The position numbers and the translations under genes are program-made. The notes below the pieces were generated by a model. That model was not told the origin of the DNA, made no database searches, and was given only the letters and a program-made list of their open reading frames with translations. A stretch of 64,000 nt of DNA, taken from an uncultured Bacilli bacterium. GTDB taxonomy: Bacteria; Bacillota_I; Bacilli_A; RF39; UBA660. The DNA lies in contig CAKPDM010000002.1 in assembly GCA_934148995.1 (NCBI GenBank), positions 63,487 through 127,486 on the forward strand, in the 5' to 3' direction. Each line of letters starts with the position of its first letter. Within the stretch, counting starts at the first letter, position 1. Of this stretch, positions 51,664 to 61,173 are shown piece after piece.

Positions 51664-51972
51664 ATGAAGTTAAAAGTTGGAGATAAAGTAGAAGTAATTT
51701 CTGGTTCTGATAAAGGAAAAACTGGTAATATTATCAAGACATTAAGAAAAGAAAACAAAGTTATCGTTGAAGGTGTTCATATTGTTAAGAAACATCAAAA
51801 AGGTAATGGTCAAGTAACTGGTGGTATTCTAGAAGTAGAAGCACCAATTGATGCTAGTAATGTTATGATAATTGATCCAAAAACTAAAAAGAGAACAAGA
51901 ATTGGTTATACTAAGGATAAAAACGATAAAAAAGTAAGAATTAGTGTCAAATCAAAAGAGACACTTGATTAG
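51664..51972 (+). CDS. rplX: 50S ribosomal protein L24
   Basis: I moved the start to the ATG at 51664 (MKLKVGDKVEVISGSDKGKTG), behind AAGGAGG. It has a KOW motif. Confidence 0.95.
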   Translation: MKLKVGDKVEVISGSDKGKTGNIIKTLRKENKVIVEGVHIVKKHQKGNGQVTGGILEVEAPIDASNVMIIDPKTKKRTRIGYTKDKNDKKVRISVKSKETLD

Positions 51973-51991
51973 TGGAAGGAGGGTATAACGA

Positions 51992-52531
51992 ATGAACCGC
52001 CTAAAAGAAAAGTACGTAAATGAAATTGTTCCAAGTTTAATGAACAAATATAATTATAAATCAATTATGGAAGTACCTAAGTTAGATAAAGTAGTTATTA
52101 ACATGGGTGTTGGTGATGGAGCTAGCAATGCAAAATTATTAGATGCTGCTGTTAGTGATTTAGCTAAGATTTCTGGACAAAAACCAGTAGTTACAAAGGC
52201 TAAAAAATCAATCGCTGGATTTAAAATCAGAGAAGGACAAAAAATCGGATGTAAGGTAACTCTAAGAGGAGAAAATATGTATAACTTTGTTGATAAGTTA
52301 ATTTCTATCTCTCTTCCTCAAGTACGTGACTTCCGTGGTGTTAGTCCTAAATCATTTGATGGACGTGGAAATTATACTTTAGGTATTAAAGAACAATTAA
52401 TCTTCTCAGAAATCAATTATGATGAAGTTGTAAAAGTACGTGGTATGGATATCGTATTTGTTACCACTGCAAAGACCAATGAAGAAGCTTATGACTTATT
52501 AAATGAACTAGGAATTCCATTTAGAAAGTAA
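51992..52531 (+). CDS. rplE: 50S ribosomal protein L5
   Basis: 179 aa with NRLKEKY and [31 protein letters not shown]. Confidence 0.97.
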   Translation: MNRLKEKYVNEIVPSLMNKYNYKSIMEVPKLDKVVINMGVGDGASNAKLLDAAVSDLAKISGQKPVVTKAKKSIAGFKIREGQKIGCKVTLRGENMYNFVDKLISISLPQVRDFRGVSPKSFDGRGNYTLGIKEQLIFSEINYDEVVKVRGMDIVFVTTAKTNEEAYDLLNELGIPFRK

Positions 52532-52544
52532 TTGGAGGGATAAA

Positions 52545-52730
52545 ATGGCAAAAAAAAGTATGATTGTAAAAAATAGTAGAAAGCCAAAATTCAAAGTACG
52601 TGAATATACACGTTGTACACGTTGTGGTAGACCTCACGCTGTTATGAGTAAGTTTGGGATCTGTCGTATATGCTTCCGTGAATTGGCTTCAAAAGGACAA
52701 ATACCAGGCGTTAAGAAATCAAGCTGGTAG
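52545..52730 (+). CDS. rpsN: 30S ribosomal protein S14, zinc-binding type Z
   Basis: 61 aa with [10 protein letters not shown]...CRICFRE (two CxxC motifs). Confidence 0.96.
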   Translation: MAKKSMIVKNSRKPKFKVREYTRCTRCGRPHAVMSKFGICRICFRELASKGQIPGVKKSSW

Positions 52731-52747
52731 AAGGAAGGAGGATAAGA

Positions 52748-53155
52748 ATGGCTGTAGTTACAGACGTAGTTGCGGATATGTTAACTCGTATTCGTAATGC
52801 TAATCAAATGCGTTATGAAAAAGTAGTTGTACCTTCATCAAATGTTAAAGTTGAAATTGCAAGAATTTTAAAAGAAGAAGGATTTATTAAAGACTACAAA
52901 GTTGAAAAGAAAGATAATGATGTACAAGGTGAGATTATCCTTACCTTAAAATATGGTGAAAAGAAAGAAAGAGTTCTTACAGGACTTAAAAGAATTTCAA
53001 AACCAGGACTTCGTGTTTATGTTAAAAACGATGAAATTCCTCGTGTTTTAAATGGATTAGGAATTGCAATTATTTCTACATCACAAGGAATTATGACTGA
53101 TAAACAAGCTCGTAAATTAAACATTGGTGGCGAAGTTTTAGCATACATTTGGTAA
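52748..53155 (+). CDS. rpsH: 30S ribosomal protein S8
   Basis: 135 aa with [13 protein letters not shown]. Confidence 0.97.
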   Translation: MAVVTDVVADMLTRIRNANQMRYEKVVVPSSNVKVEIARILKEEGFIKDYKVEKKDNDVQGEIILTLKYGEKKERVLTGLKRISKPGLRVYVKNDEIPRVLNGLGIAIISTSQGIMTDKQARKLNIGGEVLAYIW

Positions 53156-53170
53156 AAGGAAGGTGAAAAA

Positions 53171-53701
53171 ATGAGCCGTATTGGAAATCGTAAAATTGAA
53201 GTTCCTGAAGGAGTAACAGTTAAGGTAGAAAATGATATCGTAACAGTTACTGGCCCAAAAGGAAGCTTGTCTCAAAAAATGTTAAAAGGTATTTCTTTAG
53301 AGCAAGAAGGAAATACAATCACATTAACTAGAGTTAACGATGCAGCGAAAGCAATGCATGGAACAATGAATGCACTTCTTCATAATATGATCCTTGGAGT
53401 AACTAAGGGATATGAAAAAGGTCTAGAAATCATTGGTGTTGGTTACAGATTTAATGTAGCTGGTAACAAGTTAACAATTAATGCTGGATATTCTCATCCT
53501 GTAGTTATGGATGTCCCTGAAGGACTTACGGTAGAAGCTCCTAGCAATACTGAAATCGTAGTTAAAGGTATTGACAAAGTGTTAGTTGGTGAATTTGCTG
53601 CTAATGTTCGTAAAGTAAGAAAACCTGAACCTTACAAAGGAAAAGGTATTCGTTATAAAGATGAACATATTCAACGTAAAGAAGGAAAGAAAGCTGCTTA
53701 G
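53171..53701 (+). CDS. rplF: 50S ribosomal protein L6
   Basis: 176 aa with MSRIGNRKIEVPEGV and PEPYKGKGIRY. Confidence 0.97.
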   Translation: MSRIGNRKIEVPEGVTVKVENDIVTVTGPKGSLSQKMLKGISLEQEGNTITLTRVNDAAKAMHGTMNALLHNMILGVTKGYEKGLEIIGVGYRFNVAGNKLTINAGYSHPVVMDVPEGLTVEAPSNTEIVVKGIDKVLVGEFAANVRKVRKPEPYKGKGIRYKDEHIQRKEGKKAA

Positions 53702-53719
53702 TAGGAAGGAGAGAAAATT

Positions 53720-54082
53720 ATGGTTAGTAAAAAATCAAGAAATAGTATGAGAGAAGTACGTCATGCTAGAATAAGAAGACAGTTACATGGTACTGAAGCT
53801 GCTCCTCGTCTTAGTGTATTTCGCTCAAATACAGGGGTTTATGCCCAAATTATCGATGACGATAATGGAAAAACATTAGTATCTGCTTCTTCATTAGATA
53901 AAGATTTAAAATTAAAGAATGGTTCTAATATTGAAGCAGCTAGTAAAGTCGGTGAAAGTATTGCTAAGAAAGCAAAAGAAGCTGGCATTACAAAAGTAGT
54001 ATTTGATAGAGGTGGATATCTTTATCATGGACGTGTAAAAGCTTTAGCTGATGCTGCACGTAGTAATGGATTAGAATTCTAA
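53720..54082 (+). CDS. rplR: 50S ribosomal protein L18
   Basis: 120 aa with [18 protein letters not shown] and [20 protein letters not shown]. Confidence 0.96.
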   Translation: MVSKKSRNSMREVRHARIRRQLHGTEAAPRLSVFRSNTGVYAQIIDDDNGKTLVSASSLDKDLKLKNGSNIEAASKVGESIAKKAKEAGITKVVFDRGGYLYHGRVKALADAARSNGLEF

Positions 54083-54094
54083 GGAGGAAAAAAT

Positions 54095-54604
54095 ATGCAA
54101 AAGCAAACAAGTGAAGCCAAGAACAAAGAATTTGAAGAATTAGTAGTTGAAGTAAAAAGCGTTACTAAAGTTACTAAGGGTGGTAGAAATCGTCGTTTCT
54201 CTGCAATCGTTGTTATTGGTAATAGAAAAGGAAAAGTTGGCTTAGGTACTGGTAAAGCTAGCGAAGTACCTGATGCTATTAAAAAAGCTATTCAAGCTGC
54301 TAATAAAAACCTAATCACTGTTCCTCTTGTAGAGGGAAGAACTATTCCTCATGAAGTTGTTGGACGTAGTGGTGCTGCTAGAGTTATGTTAAAACCTGCT
54401 AAAGAAGGTACTGGAGTTATCGCTGGTGGTAGCGTTCGTGCTATCTTAGATTTAGCTGGAGTTCGTGATGTTGTTTCTAAATCTTTAGGAGCTAGAACTA
54501 AACTAAACATGGCAGAAGCTGCAATGAATGGTTTAAAAAGTATGAGAACAATCGAAGAAGTTGCCCAACTTCGTGGTAAAAAAGAAGAGGAGATTTTAGG
54601 ATAA
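54095..54604 (+). CDS. rpsE: 30S ribosomal protein S5
   Basis: 169 aa with [21 protein letters not shown]. Confidence 0.96.
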   Translation: MQKQTSEAKNKEFEELVVEVKSVTKVTKGGRNRRFSAIVVIGNRKGKVGLGTGKASEVPDAIKKAIQAANKNLITVPLVEGRTIPHEVVGRSGAARVMLKPAKEGTGVIAGGSVRAILDLAGVRDVVSKSLGARTKLNMAEAAMNGLKSMRTIEEVAQLRGKKEEEILG

Positions 54605-55047
54605 TGAAGTTACATGAATTAGAAAAAAATATTGGTGCTAAACACTCTAAAAAGCGTGTAGGTCGTGGATCTGGTTCTGGTTTAGGTAAAACATCAGGTC
54701 GTGGACAAAAAGGGCAAAAGGCACGTAGCGGTGGAAGCATAAATCCAGTATTTGAAGGTGGACAATTACCATTATATCGTCGTCTACCTAAAAGAGGATT
54801 TAGTAACTATCCTTTCAAGAAAGAATATGCTGTTATTAATCTTTCAGATTTAAATGTATTTGAAGATGGAACAGTTGTTACTCCTGCTTTATTAAAAGAA
54901 AAAGGAATTGTTAAAAAACAACTTTCAGGAATTAAAGTATTAGGAGAAGGACAATTAGATAAAAAAATTACTGTTCAAGCTCACAAATTTTCTAAGAGTG
55001 CATTGGACAAGATTAACGAATCAGGAAGTAAAGCTGAGGTGATCTAG
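54604..55047 (+). CDS. rplO: 50S ribosomal protein L15
   Basis: 147 aa with [39 protein letters not shown]. The start overlaps the rpsE stop (TAATG), so no rpmD lies between them. Confidence 0.96.
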   Translation: MKLHELEKNIGAKHSKKRVGRGSGSGLGKTSGRGQKGQKARSGGSINPVFEGGQLPLYRRLPKRGFSNYPFKKEYAVINLSDLNVFEDGTVVTPALLKEKGIVKKQLSGIKVLGEGQLDKKITVQAHKFSKSALDKINESGSKAEVI

Positions 55048-55048
55048 T

Positions 55049-56317
55049 ATGACATCTCTAGTGAAGCAACTATTCAAACCTACTAATAGAGATTTGCTAA
55101 AAAGAATAGGTTTTACAACTTTAGTTCTTGCTATATTTATTATTGGAACAACTATTCAAGTTCCAGGAACAGAAAGTATAACTAAGAATCTTGGATTCCT
55201 AGAATTAATTAATTCGATGGGTGGAGGAGCATTACAAAACTTTTCAATATTTGCTTTAGGTGTTATGCCTTATATTACAGCTACCATTTTAATGCAATTA
55301 TTACAAGAAATAGTTCCTTCCTTACAAGAGTTAAGTAAACAAGGTTATACTGGAAGACAAAAAATTAATAGAATATCTCGTTATTTAGGTATATTATTTG
55401 CTTTCATTGAAGGCTATGCATTTTCTTTTATGTTTTTAGGAAAATCTGCTGCTCCTATGGATTACTTATATGTTTCTCTTATATTAACAGCAGGTACTGC
55501 ATTGCTTCTATGGTTAGGAGATCAGATATCACAAAAAGGTATAGGTAATGGTTTAAGTCTTATAATTATGGCTGGAATCATTGCTACTTTACCACAAATG
55601 TTTATTGATGCTTTTAATGGCTTAGTTACATTTAGTGGTACAACTCAACAAATCGCTTTTGGTTTAGTTAAGTTTATACTTTTTGTTTTAATTTATTTTG
55701 GGATTGTTGTAGGTGTTATTTTTGTTCAAGAAGCAGAAAGAAAAATTCCTATTCAATATGCCAATAAATCTGGAAGTTTTGGAAATCAAGCTTCTAGTTT
55801 CGTACCAATTAAAATAAATAGTGCTAACGTTGTACCAGTTATTTTCGCATCAAGCGTTTTAGCTATTCCAACTATTATTTCAGCACTAGTAAATAAAGAA
55901 AGTGTTACTTTATTTATTCAAAAATACTTGACCTATACTACACCAGTTGGTTTTATGATTTATGTTATTTTAATATTCTTATTTGGTTTTGTTTATACAT
56001 ATATGATATTTAAACCAGAAGAGTTTTCAAAGAATTTAGCAGAGAATGGTGGTTATATTCCAGGAATAAGACCTGGCGAAGAAACTAAGAATTATTTTTC
56101 TAAGGTTTTAATGAGAGTTACTTGCATTGGTAGCGGTTTCTTATGTATTATAGTAGCTTTACCAATAATTTTCTCAAATGTAACTAGTTTACCAAGTAGT
56201 GTTAGTATTGGTGGTACAGGACTTTTAATCGTTGTTGGTGTTGCCCTAGAAACTTATAAACAAATAGAAGGTAGTCTTCTTTCTAGAAATTATAAGAAAG
56301 GATATCACCGTCGATGA
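55049..56317 (+). CDS. secY: preprotein translocase subunit SecY
   Basis: 422 aa with 10 TM helices and FALGVMPYITATILMQLL. Confidence 0.96.
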   Translation: MTSLVKQLFKPTNRDLLKRIGFTTLVLAIFIIGTTIQVPGTESITKNLGFLELINSMGGGALQNFSIFALGVMPYITATILMQLLQEIVPSLQELSKQGYTGRQKINRISRYLGILFAFIEGYAFSFMFLGKSAAPMDYLYVSLILTAGTALLLWLGDQISQKGIGNGLSLIIMAGIIATLPQMFIDAFNGLVTFSGTTQQIAFGLVKFILFVLIYFGIVVGVIFVQEAERKIPIQYANKSGSFGNQASSFVPIKINSANVVPVIFASSVLAIPTIISALVNKESVTLFIQKYLTYTTPVGFMIYVILIFLFGFVYTYMIFKPEEFSKNLAENGGYIPGIRPGEETKNYFSKVLMRVTCIGSGFLCIIVALPIIFSNVTSLPSSVSIGGTGLLIVVGVALETYKQIEGSLLSRNYKKGYHRR

Positions 56318-56970
56318 AAAATATTATATTAATTGCTCCCCCTGCTGCTGGTAAGGGGACACAAAGTTCTTTAATCGAAGAAAAGTATAATCTTCCACAT
56401 ATAAGTACTGGGGATATCTTAAGAGATATCTCCAAGGAAGATTCAGAAATAGGTCGTTATATTTTAGAAACATTATCATCAGGTGGATTGGTAAAAGATG
56501 AAATCATCTATGAATTAATTGAAAAAAGATTAAAACAAGATGATTGTAAAAATGGTTGTATTTTAGATGGTTTTCCAAGAAATTTAGAACAAGCTAAAAA
56601 ATATGATGAAATCTTATCAAGATTAAATCAAAAATTAGATTATGTTTTAGTTCTAGATATTGATTCAAAAATACTAGAAAAGCGTATTACTGGAAGACGT
56701 ATCTGTTCTAATTGTGGTGCTGTTTATAATATAAATACTGAAGCACAAAAACCAAAAGAGGAATCTATTTGTGATAATTGTGGTGGTAGATTAGAACAAA
56801 GAAATGATGATAATGTAGAGTCATTTCAAAATCGATATAAAGTTTATGAAGAAAAAACTGCACCACTTCTTGACTATTACAAACAAAATGGTGTATTATA
56901 TGTAATCAATGGTGTTGGAAGTGTGCAAGAAGTTTTTGAACGTATAGATAAGGTTTTAAAGGGGAGATAG
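56314..56970 (+). CDS. adk: adenylate kinase (zinc-lid type)
   Basis: 218 aa with the P-loop GPPAAGKGTQ-type (APPAAGKGTQS) and the lid CSNCGAVYN...CDNCGGRL. Confidence 0.96.
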   Translation: MKNIILIAPPAAGKGTQSSLIEEKYNLPHISTGDILRDISKEDSEIGRYILETLSSGGLVKDEIIYELIEKRLKQDDCKNGCILDGFPRNLEQAKKYDEILSRLNQKLDYVLVLDIDSKILEKRITGRRICSNCGAVYNINTEAQKPKEESICDNCGGRLEQRNDDNVESFQNRYKVYEEKTAPLLDYYKQNGVLYVINGVGSVQEVFERIDKVLKGR

Positions 56971-56972
56971 TA

Positions 56973-57737
56973 GTGATTACAATCAAAAGTAAAAGAGAAA
57001 TTGAACTTTTAGAAAAAGCTGGTCATATTGTGTATTTAACACATAAATATCTAGAACCCCTTGTTAAACCAGGTATTTCAACTGAAGAATTAAATCGTTT
57101 AGGAGAAGAATTTATCATAAGTCAAGGTGCTACACCTTCATTTAAAGGCTATGAAGGCTTTCCTTATGCATTATGTATAAGTGTTAATGATGAAGTTGTA
57201 CACGGTTTCCCTTCTAAAAGAAAGCTTAAAGATGGAGATATTGTTTCCATTGATATTGGTGCTTGTTATAAGGGATATCATGGTGATTCTGCTTGGTCAT
57301 ATAAGGTTGGTAGTATAACAGATGAAGATAAATATTTACTAGAACATACAGAAAAAGCTTTATATGAAGGAATTAAACAAGTTAAACCAGGTAACCATAT
57401 TGGAGATATATCTAATGCAATAGAAGTTTATGCTACTGCGCATAATCTTGGTATTGTAAAAGAATTAGTTGGTCACGGTGTTGGAACAACTGTTCATGAA
57501 GATCCTGAAGTTCCTAATTATGGAATGGCTGGAAAAGGACCGCGTTTAAGAGAAGGAATGGTTATTGCAATAGAACCAATGCTAACTCTTGGTAGTCCTG
57601 ATATATATGTAGACTCTAATGATTGGACTGTTATTACAGATGATGGAAGTCGTTCTGCTCATTATGAACATACAGTAGCAGTTACAAGTGATGGAGTAAA
57701 AATTCTAACAGGAGATGATAAATATGGCGAAAGATGA
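56973..57737 (+). CDS. map: type I methionine aminopeptidase
   Basis: 254 aa with a GTG start. Contains [23 protein letters not shown] and YEHTVAVT. Confidence 0.95.
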   Translation: MITIKSKREIELLEKAGHIVYLTHKYLEPLVKPGISTEELNRLGEEFIISQGATPSFKGYEGFPYALCISVNDEVVHGFPSKRKLKDGDIVSIDIGACYKGYHGDSAWSYKVGSITDEDKYLLEHTEKALYEGIKQVKPGNHIGDISNAIEVYATAHNLGIVKELVGHGVGTTVHEDPEVPNYGMAGKGPRLREGMVIAIEPMLTLGSPDIYVDSNDWTVITDDGSRSAHYEHTVAVTSDGVKILTGDDKYGER

Positions 57738-57939
57738 TGTAATCGAAGTTGATGGAAAAGTTTTAGAAATTATACCAGGTGGTAAATTTAAAGTTCAATT
57801 AGAAAACGGTCACATTGTTGAAGCTCACGTTTCTGGTAAAATACGAATGAATTACATTCGCATCTTACCGGGGGATACAGTGACAATCGAACTATCACCT
57901 TATGATTTAACACGTGGGCGTATAACCTATCGGAAATAA
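57724..57939 (+). CDS. infA: translation initiation factor IF-1
   Basis: I moved the start to the ATG at 57724 ([15 protein letters not shown]). Contains [17 protein letters not shown]. Confidence 0.96.
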   Translation: MAKDDVIEVDGKVLEIIPGGKFKVQLENGHIVEAHVSGKIRMNYIRILPGDTVTIELSPYDLTRGRITYRK

Positions 57940-57953
57940 TAGGAGGGATAATA

Positions 57954-58067
57954 ATGAAAGTACAAGCATCAGTTAAAAAAAGATGTCCAAAATGTAAAAT
58001 TGTAAAAAGAAAAGGTAAAATTGTTGTTATTTGTGAAAATCCAAAACATAAGCAAAGACAAGGTTAG
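57954..58067 (+). CDS. rpmJ: 50S ribosomal protein L36
   Basis: Not in the ORF track because it is only 37 aa. My translation is [37 protein letters not shown]. It lies behind AGGAGGG and in the conserved infA-rpmJ-rpsM position. Confidence 0.93.
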   Translation: MKVQASVKKRCPKCKIVKRKGKIVVICENPKHKQRQG

Positions 58068-58085
58068 TAAGAAGGAGGATATAGA

Positions 58086-58454
58086 ATGGCACGTATTAAA
58101 GGTGTAGATATTCCAAATGATAAGCATACAGTTATTTCATTAACTTATATCTATGGAATTGGTAGAAATTTAGCAAAAACAATTTGTGAAAATGCAAAAG
58201 TTGAACCTACTAAAAAAGCAGGAGATTTAACTCAAGATGAATTAATTGCATTACGTGATGAAATTAATAAACATCTAACTGAAGGAGATTTACGTCGTGA
58301 AGTTAGCATGAATATTAAAACTAAAATGGAAATTAATTCTTATGAAGGTACACGTCATAAAAAGGGACTTCCTGTAAGAGGTCAAAGAACTTCTCGTAAT
58401 GCTAGAACTCGTAAGGGTAAAGGTAAAACTGTAGCTAATAAGAAGAAAGTATAG
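58086..58454 (+). CDS. rpsM: 30S ribosomal protein S13
   Basis: 122 aa with [14 protein letters not shown]. Confidence 0.97.
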   Translation: MARIKGVDIPNDKHTVISLTYIYGIGRNLAKTICENAKVEPTKKAGDLTQDELIALRDEINKHLTEGDLRREVSMNIKTKMEINSYEGTRHKKGLPVRGQRTSRNARTRKGKGKTVANKKKV

Positions 58455-58472
58455 AGAAGGAGGTTATGAATT

Positions 58473-58856
58473 ATGGCTTATAAGACAAGAAAGAAAAAAG
58501 TTAAAAAGAATGTTCCTGAAGGTGTTGTACATATTCATGCTACATTCAATAATACTATTGTAACTATTACTGATAAGGATGGAAATGCTATTAGTTGGGC
58601 ATCAAGTGGTGGTTTAGGATTTAAAGGAAGTAAGAAATCAACTCCATTTGCTGCTGGTATGTCAGCAGAACAAGCTGGAAAAGTAGCTTATGATTTAGGA
58701 ATGAGAAAGGTTGAAGTTTTCGTTAAAGGTCTAGGACCTGGACGTGAAACTGCTATTCGTTCTTTACAAACAGCAGGTCTTGAAGTTACTTCAATTACTG
58801 ATGTAACACCAATTCCACATAACGGATGTCGTCCACCAAAGAGACCACGTGGATAA
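58473..58856 (+). CDS. rpsK: 30S ribosomal protein S11
   Basis: 127 aa with [15 protein letters not shown] and [15 protein letters not shown]. Confidence 0.97.
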   Translation: MAYKTRKKKVKKNVPEGVVHIHATFNNTIVTITDKDGNAISWASSGGLGFKGSKKSTPFAAGMSAEQAGKVAYDLGMRKVEVFVKGLGPGRETAIRSLQTAGLEVTSITDVTPIPHNGCRPPKRPRG

Positions 58857-58874
58857 TTAAGGGAGGCGAAAACT

Positions 58875-59825
58875 GTGTTAGAATTTGAAAAACCAGTATA
58901 CAAAATTACAGACTATGTAGAAAGTAATTTCTATGGAAAGTTTGAACTTGAACCATTAGAAAGAGGATTCGGAACTACTTTAGGTAATGCCTTAAGAAGA
59001 GTTATGTTATCATCTTTACCTGGAAGTGCTATTAGTGCTGTTAAAATAGAAGGAGTTCTTCATGAATTCCAAACTATTGAAGGTGTAGTTGAAGATGTAA
59101 CTACAATTATCCTTAATTTAAAAGGAGTAGTTGTTAAAAACTTTACAGCTGATACAAAAATCATCTCTTTAGATGCTGATGAAGAAGGTGTTGTTACAGC
59201 TGGAGATATTGAAACAACTTCTGATGTTGAAATCGTTAACAAAGATCACGTTATCGCTCACTTAGCTAAGGGTGGTAAACTATCTATGGAAATGATTGTT
59301 ACTAACGGTAGAGGATATGTTAAGAGTGAAGATTCAAAATTAAAGAATGAAAATAGAGCTAAAGGATTTATCTTAATGGATTCTATCTATTCTCCAATTG
59401 AACGTGTTTCACCAACTGTTGAAAGCGCTCGTGTAGGACAAGATGAAAGTTATGATAAATTAGTTCTAGAAGTATGGACAAATGGTTCTATTAAACCAGA
59501 AGAATCTATCGCTTTAGCATCAAGAATTTTAATTGAGCACTTTAATTTATTAACCAATTTAAGTGATATAGCAGATATGAGTGGTATGATGATTGAAAAG
59601 ACTGAAGATCCTAAGACTAAGGCTTTAGAAACATCAATTGAAGACTTAGACTTCTCAGTACGTGCTTATAATTGTTTAAAACGTGCTGGTGTTCATACTC
59701 TACAAGATTTAGTAAATAAAAGCGAAAATGATATGATGAAAATCCGTAATTTAGGAAAGAAATCATTAAAAGAAGTTCTTGATAAAATTAAGGAATTAGG
59801 ACTTGATTTAAGAGACGACGATTAG
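58875..59825 (+). CDS. rpoA: DNA-directed RNA polymerase subunit alpha
   Basis: 316 aa with a GTG start. Contains GFGTTLGNALRRVMLSSLPG and the CTD LDFSVRAYNCLKRAG. Confidence 0.97.
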   Translation: MLEFEKPVYKITDYVESNFYGKFELEPLERGFGTTLGNALRRVMLSSLPGSAISAVKIEGVLHEFQTIEGVVEDVTTIILNLKGVVVKNFTADTKIISLDADEEGVVTAGDIETTSDVEIVNKDHVIAHLAKGGKLSMEMIVTNGRGYVKSEDSKLKNENRAKGFILMDSIYSPIERVSPTVESARVGQDESYDKLVLEVWTNGSIKPEESIALASRILIEHFNLLTNLSDIADMSGMMIEKTEDPKTKALETSIEDLDFSVRAYNCLKRAGVHTLQDLVNKSENDMMKIRNLGKKSLKEVLDKIKELGLDLRDDD

Positions 59826-59837
59826 AAGGAGGTAACT

Positions 59838-60188
59838 ATGGCATATAGAAAATTAGGTGTTGATAATAAACATAGACGTAGTATGTTAGCAACTCTTACC
59901 AAACAATTAATTATGAATGAACAAATTGAAACTACTGAAACAAGAGCAAAAGAAGTCAGAAAAATGGCTGAAAGAATGATTACTTGTGGTAAGAAAGGTG
60001 ACCTAGGTTCACGTAGAAGAGCTTTAGCTTTTCTTCACAATGATAAAAAAGTGGTTGACAAAGTGTTCAACGAATTAGCTCCTCGTTATGCTAACCGTAA
60101 CGGTGGATATACACAAATTATTAAGTTGGGTGAACGTCGTGGAGACGGAGCTTTAACTGTTATCTTAAAATTAGTAGAAGAAGCTTAG
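59838..60188 (+). CDS. rplQ: 50S ribosomal protein L17
   Basis: 116 aa with [20 protein letters not shown] and [17 protein letters not shown]. Confidence 0.96.
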   Translation: MAYRKLGVDNKHRRSMLATLTKQLIMNEQIETTETRAKEVRKMAERMITCGKKGDLGSRRRALAFLHNDKKVVDKVFNELAPRYANRNGGYTQIIKLGERRGDGALTVILKLVEEA

Positions 60189-60201
60189 TCTTCTTTTTTT
60201 T
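60176..60201 (+). terminator. terminator ending the alpha operon
   Basis: AGAAGA-AGCTTAG-TCTTCT followed by TTTTTTT. Confidence 0.55.
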
Positions 60202-60247
60202 GTCTATATTTGTTATACTGTTGTTAGGAATGGTATGGTGATATTGA

Positions 60248-60595
60248 ATGACAGAAGTAATAGTATTTTTATTAACGTTTGTTGTGCTATTTTTAATTTA
60301 TGAATTGATACTTGTTAGAAAATATAAAAAAGGAAAAAGTGATAAGCGACCAGTAGAAGTTACCTATTTACTTAATAGATACAATTTAAATTTAAAGAAA
60401 GTTAACTATAAAAAACTACTTAATATAGTTAGTCTTGTTAGTTCTTTTGATATAGCAGTTGTTGTAACAGTTATGGGACTTACGGATAATTTTCTATTAG
60501 AAATACTAATTGGATGTTTTTTAACTATAATATTAATATTAAGTAGTTATTCTATAGTTGGTAAAATATATCAAAAGAAAGGATATACCAAATAA
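60248..60595 (+). CDS. small membrane protein, function unknown
   Basis: 115 aa with three predicted TM helices and no recognisable motif. Confidence 0.5.
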   Translation: MTEVIVFLLTFVVLFLIYELILVRKYKKGKSDKRPVEVTYLLNRYNLNLKKVNYKKLLNIVSLVSSFDIAVVVTVMGLTDNFLLEILIGCFLTIILILSSYSIVGKIYQKKGYTK

Positions 60596-60624
60596 AATAT
60601 AGACCAGTGTGTCTATATTTTTTG
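60594..60624. terminator. bidirectional terminator (its stem contains the stop codon of the sortase gene)
   Basis: ATATAGAC (60597-60604)-CAGTGT-GTCTATAT (60611-60618), with an A-run before and a T-run after. Confidence 0.7.
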
Positions 60625-61173
60625 GTTATAAATTACTAATTGTTTAGAACTATCATTCTTACTACAGGTAGTTAGAATTAATTGTTCTTCACTAGATTTT
60701 ATGATTTCAATCTTACCAGTTTTATCTTGTTCTTCTATCTTTTTAACTTTATACACTAATTCTTTATTATTGATAGATAATCTAACTTTATCATTTTCTT
60801 TTAACTCATTAAGTCGATTAAAGTAAGCAAGTTTACCATTACCTGAGTGTGCTGCTAGAATAATTAATGATTCATTATTTAACTCTGAGTTATTTAAAAT
60901 AGTTACGTGTTCTTCAACATTATTTCTTTTATCATTGATATCATAAATATTTTCATGTAGATTAATCTTATCAATTGTTAGGGTTGCTAGAATATTGTCA
61001 TTATTGTTATTTTTTACATCTATTTCGTTACTTATTTGTCTAGCAGTATTTTCTACTCTTTCGATATTTTCAGTTTTAATAACTTTAGATTTAGAAATAT
61101 GTACATTCTTTTGATAAATCATAAAACAAAAAATCACATATGCACTAAGAAGAAGTGTTAATTTCTTCTTCAT
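60613..61173 (-). CDS. small membrane-anchored sortase-family transpeptidase (atypical: no Arg after the catalytic Cys)
   Basis: 186 aa with an N-terminal TM helix. It has LTIDKINLHENIY, the His motif IILAAHSG and the Cys motif QLILTTCS. The tail is SKNDSSKQLVIYNQKI. Its ATG overlaps the adhesin stop (TAATG). Confidence 0.75.
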   Translation of the reverse strand: MKKKLTLLLSAYVIFCFMIYQKNVHISKSKVIKTENIERVENTARQISNEIDVKNNNNDNILATLTIDKINLHENIYDINDKRNNVEEHVTILNNSELNNESLIILAAHSGNGKLAYFNRLNELKENDKVRLSINNKELVYKVKKIEEQDKTGKIEIIKSSEEQLILTTCSKNDSSKQLVIYNQKI

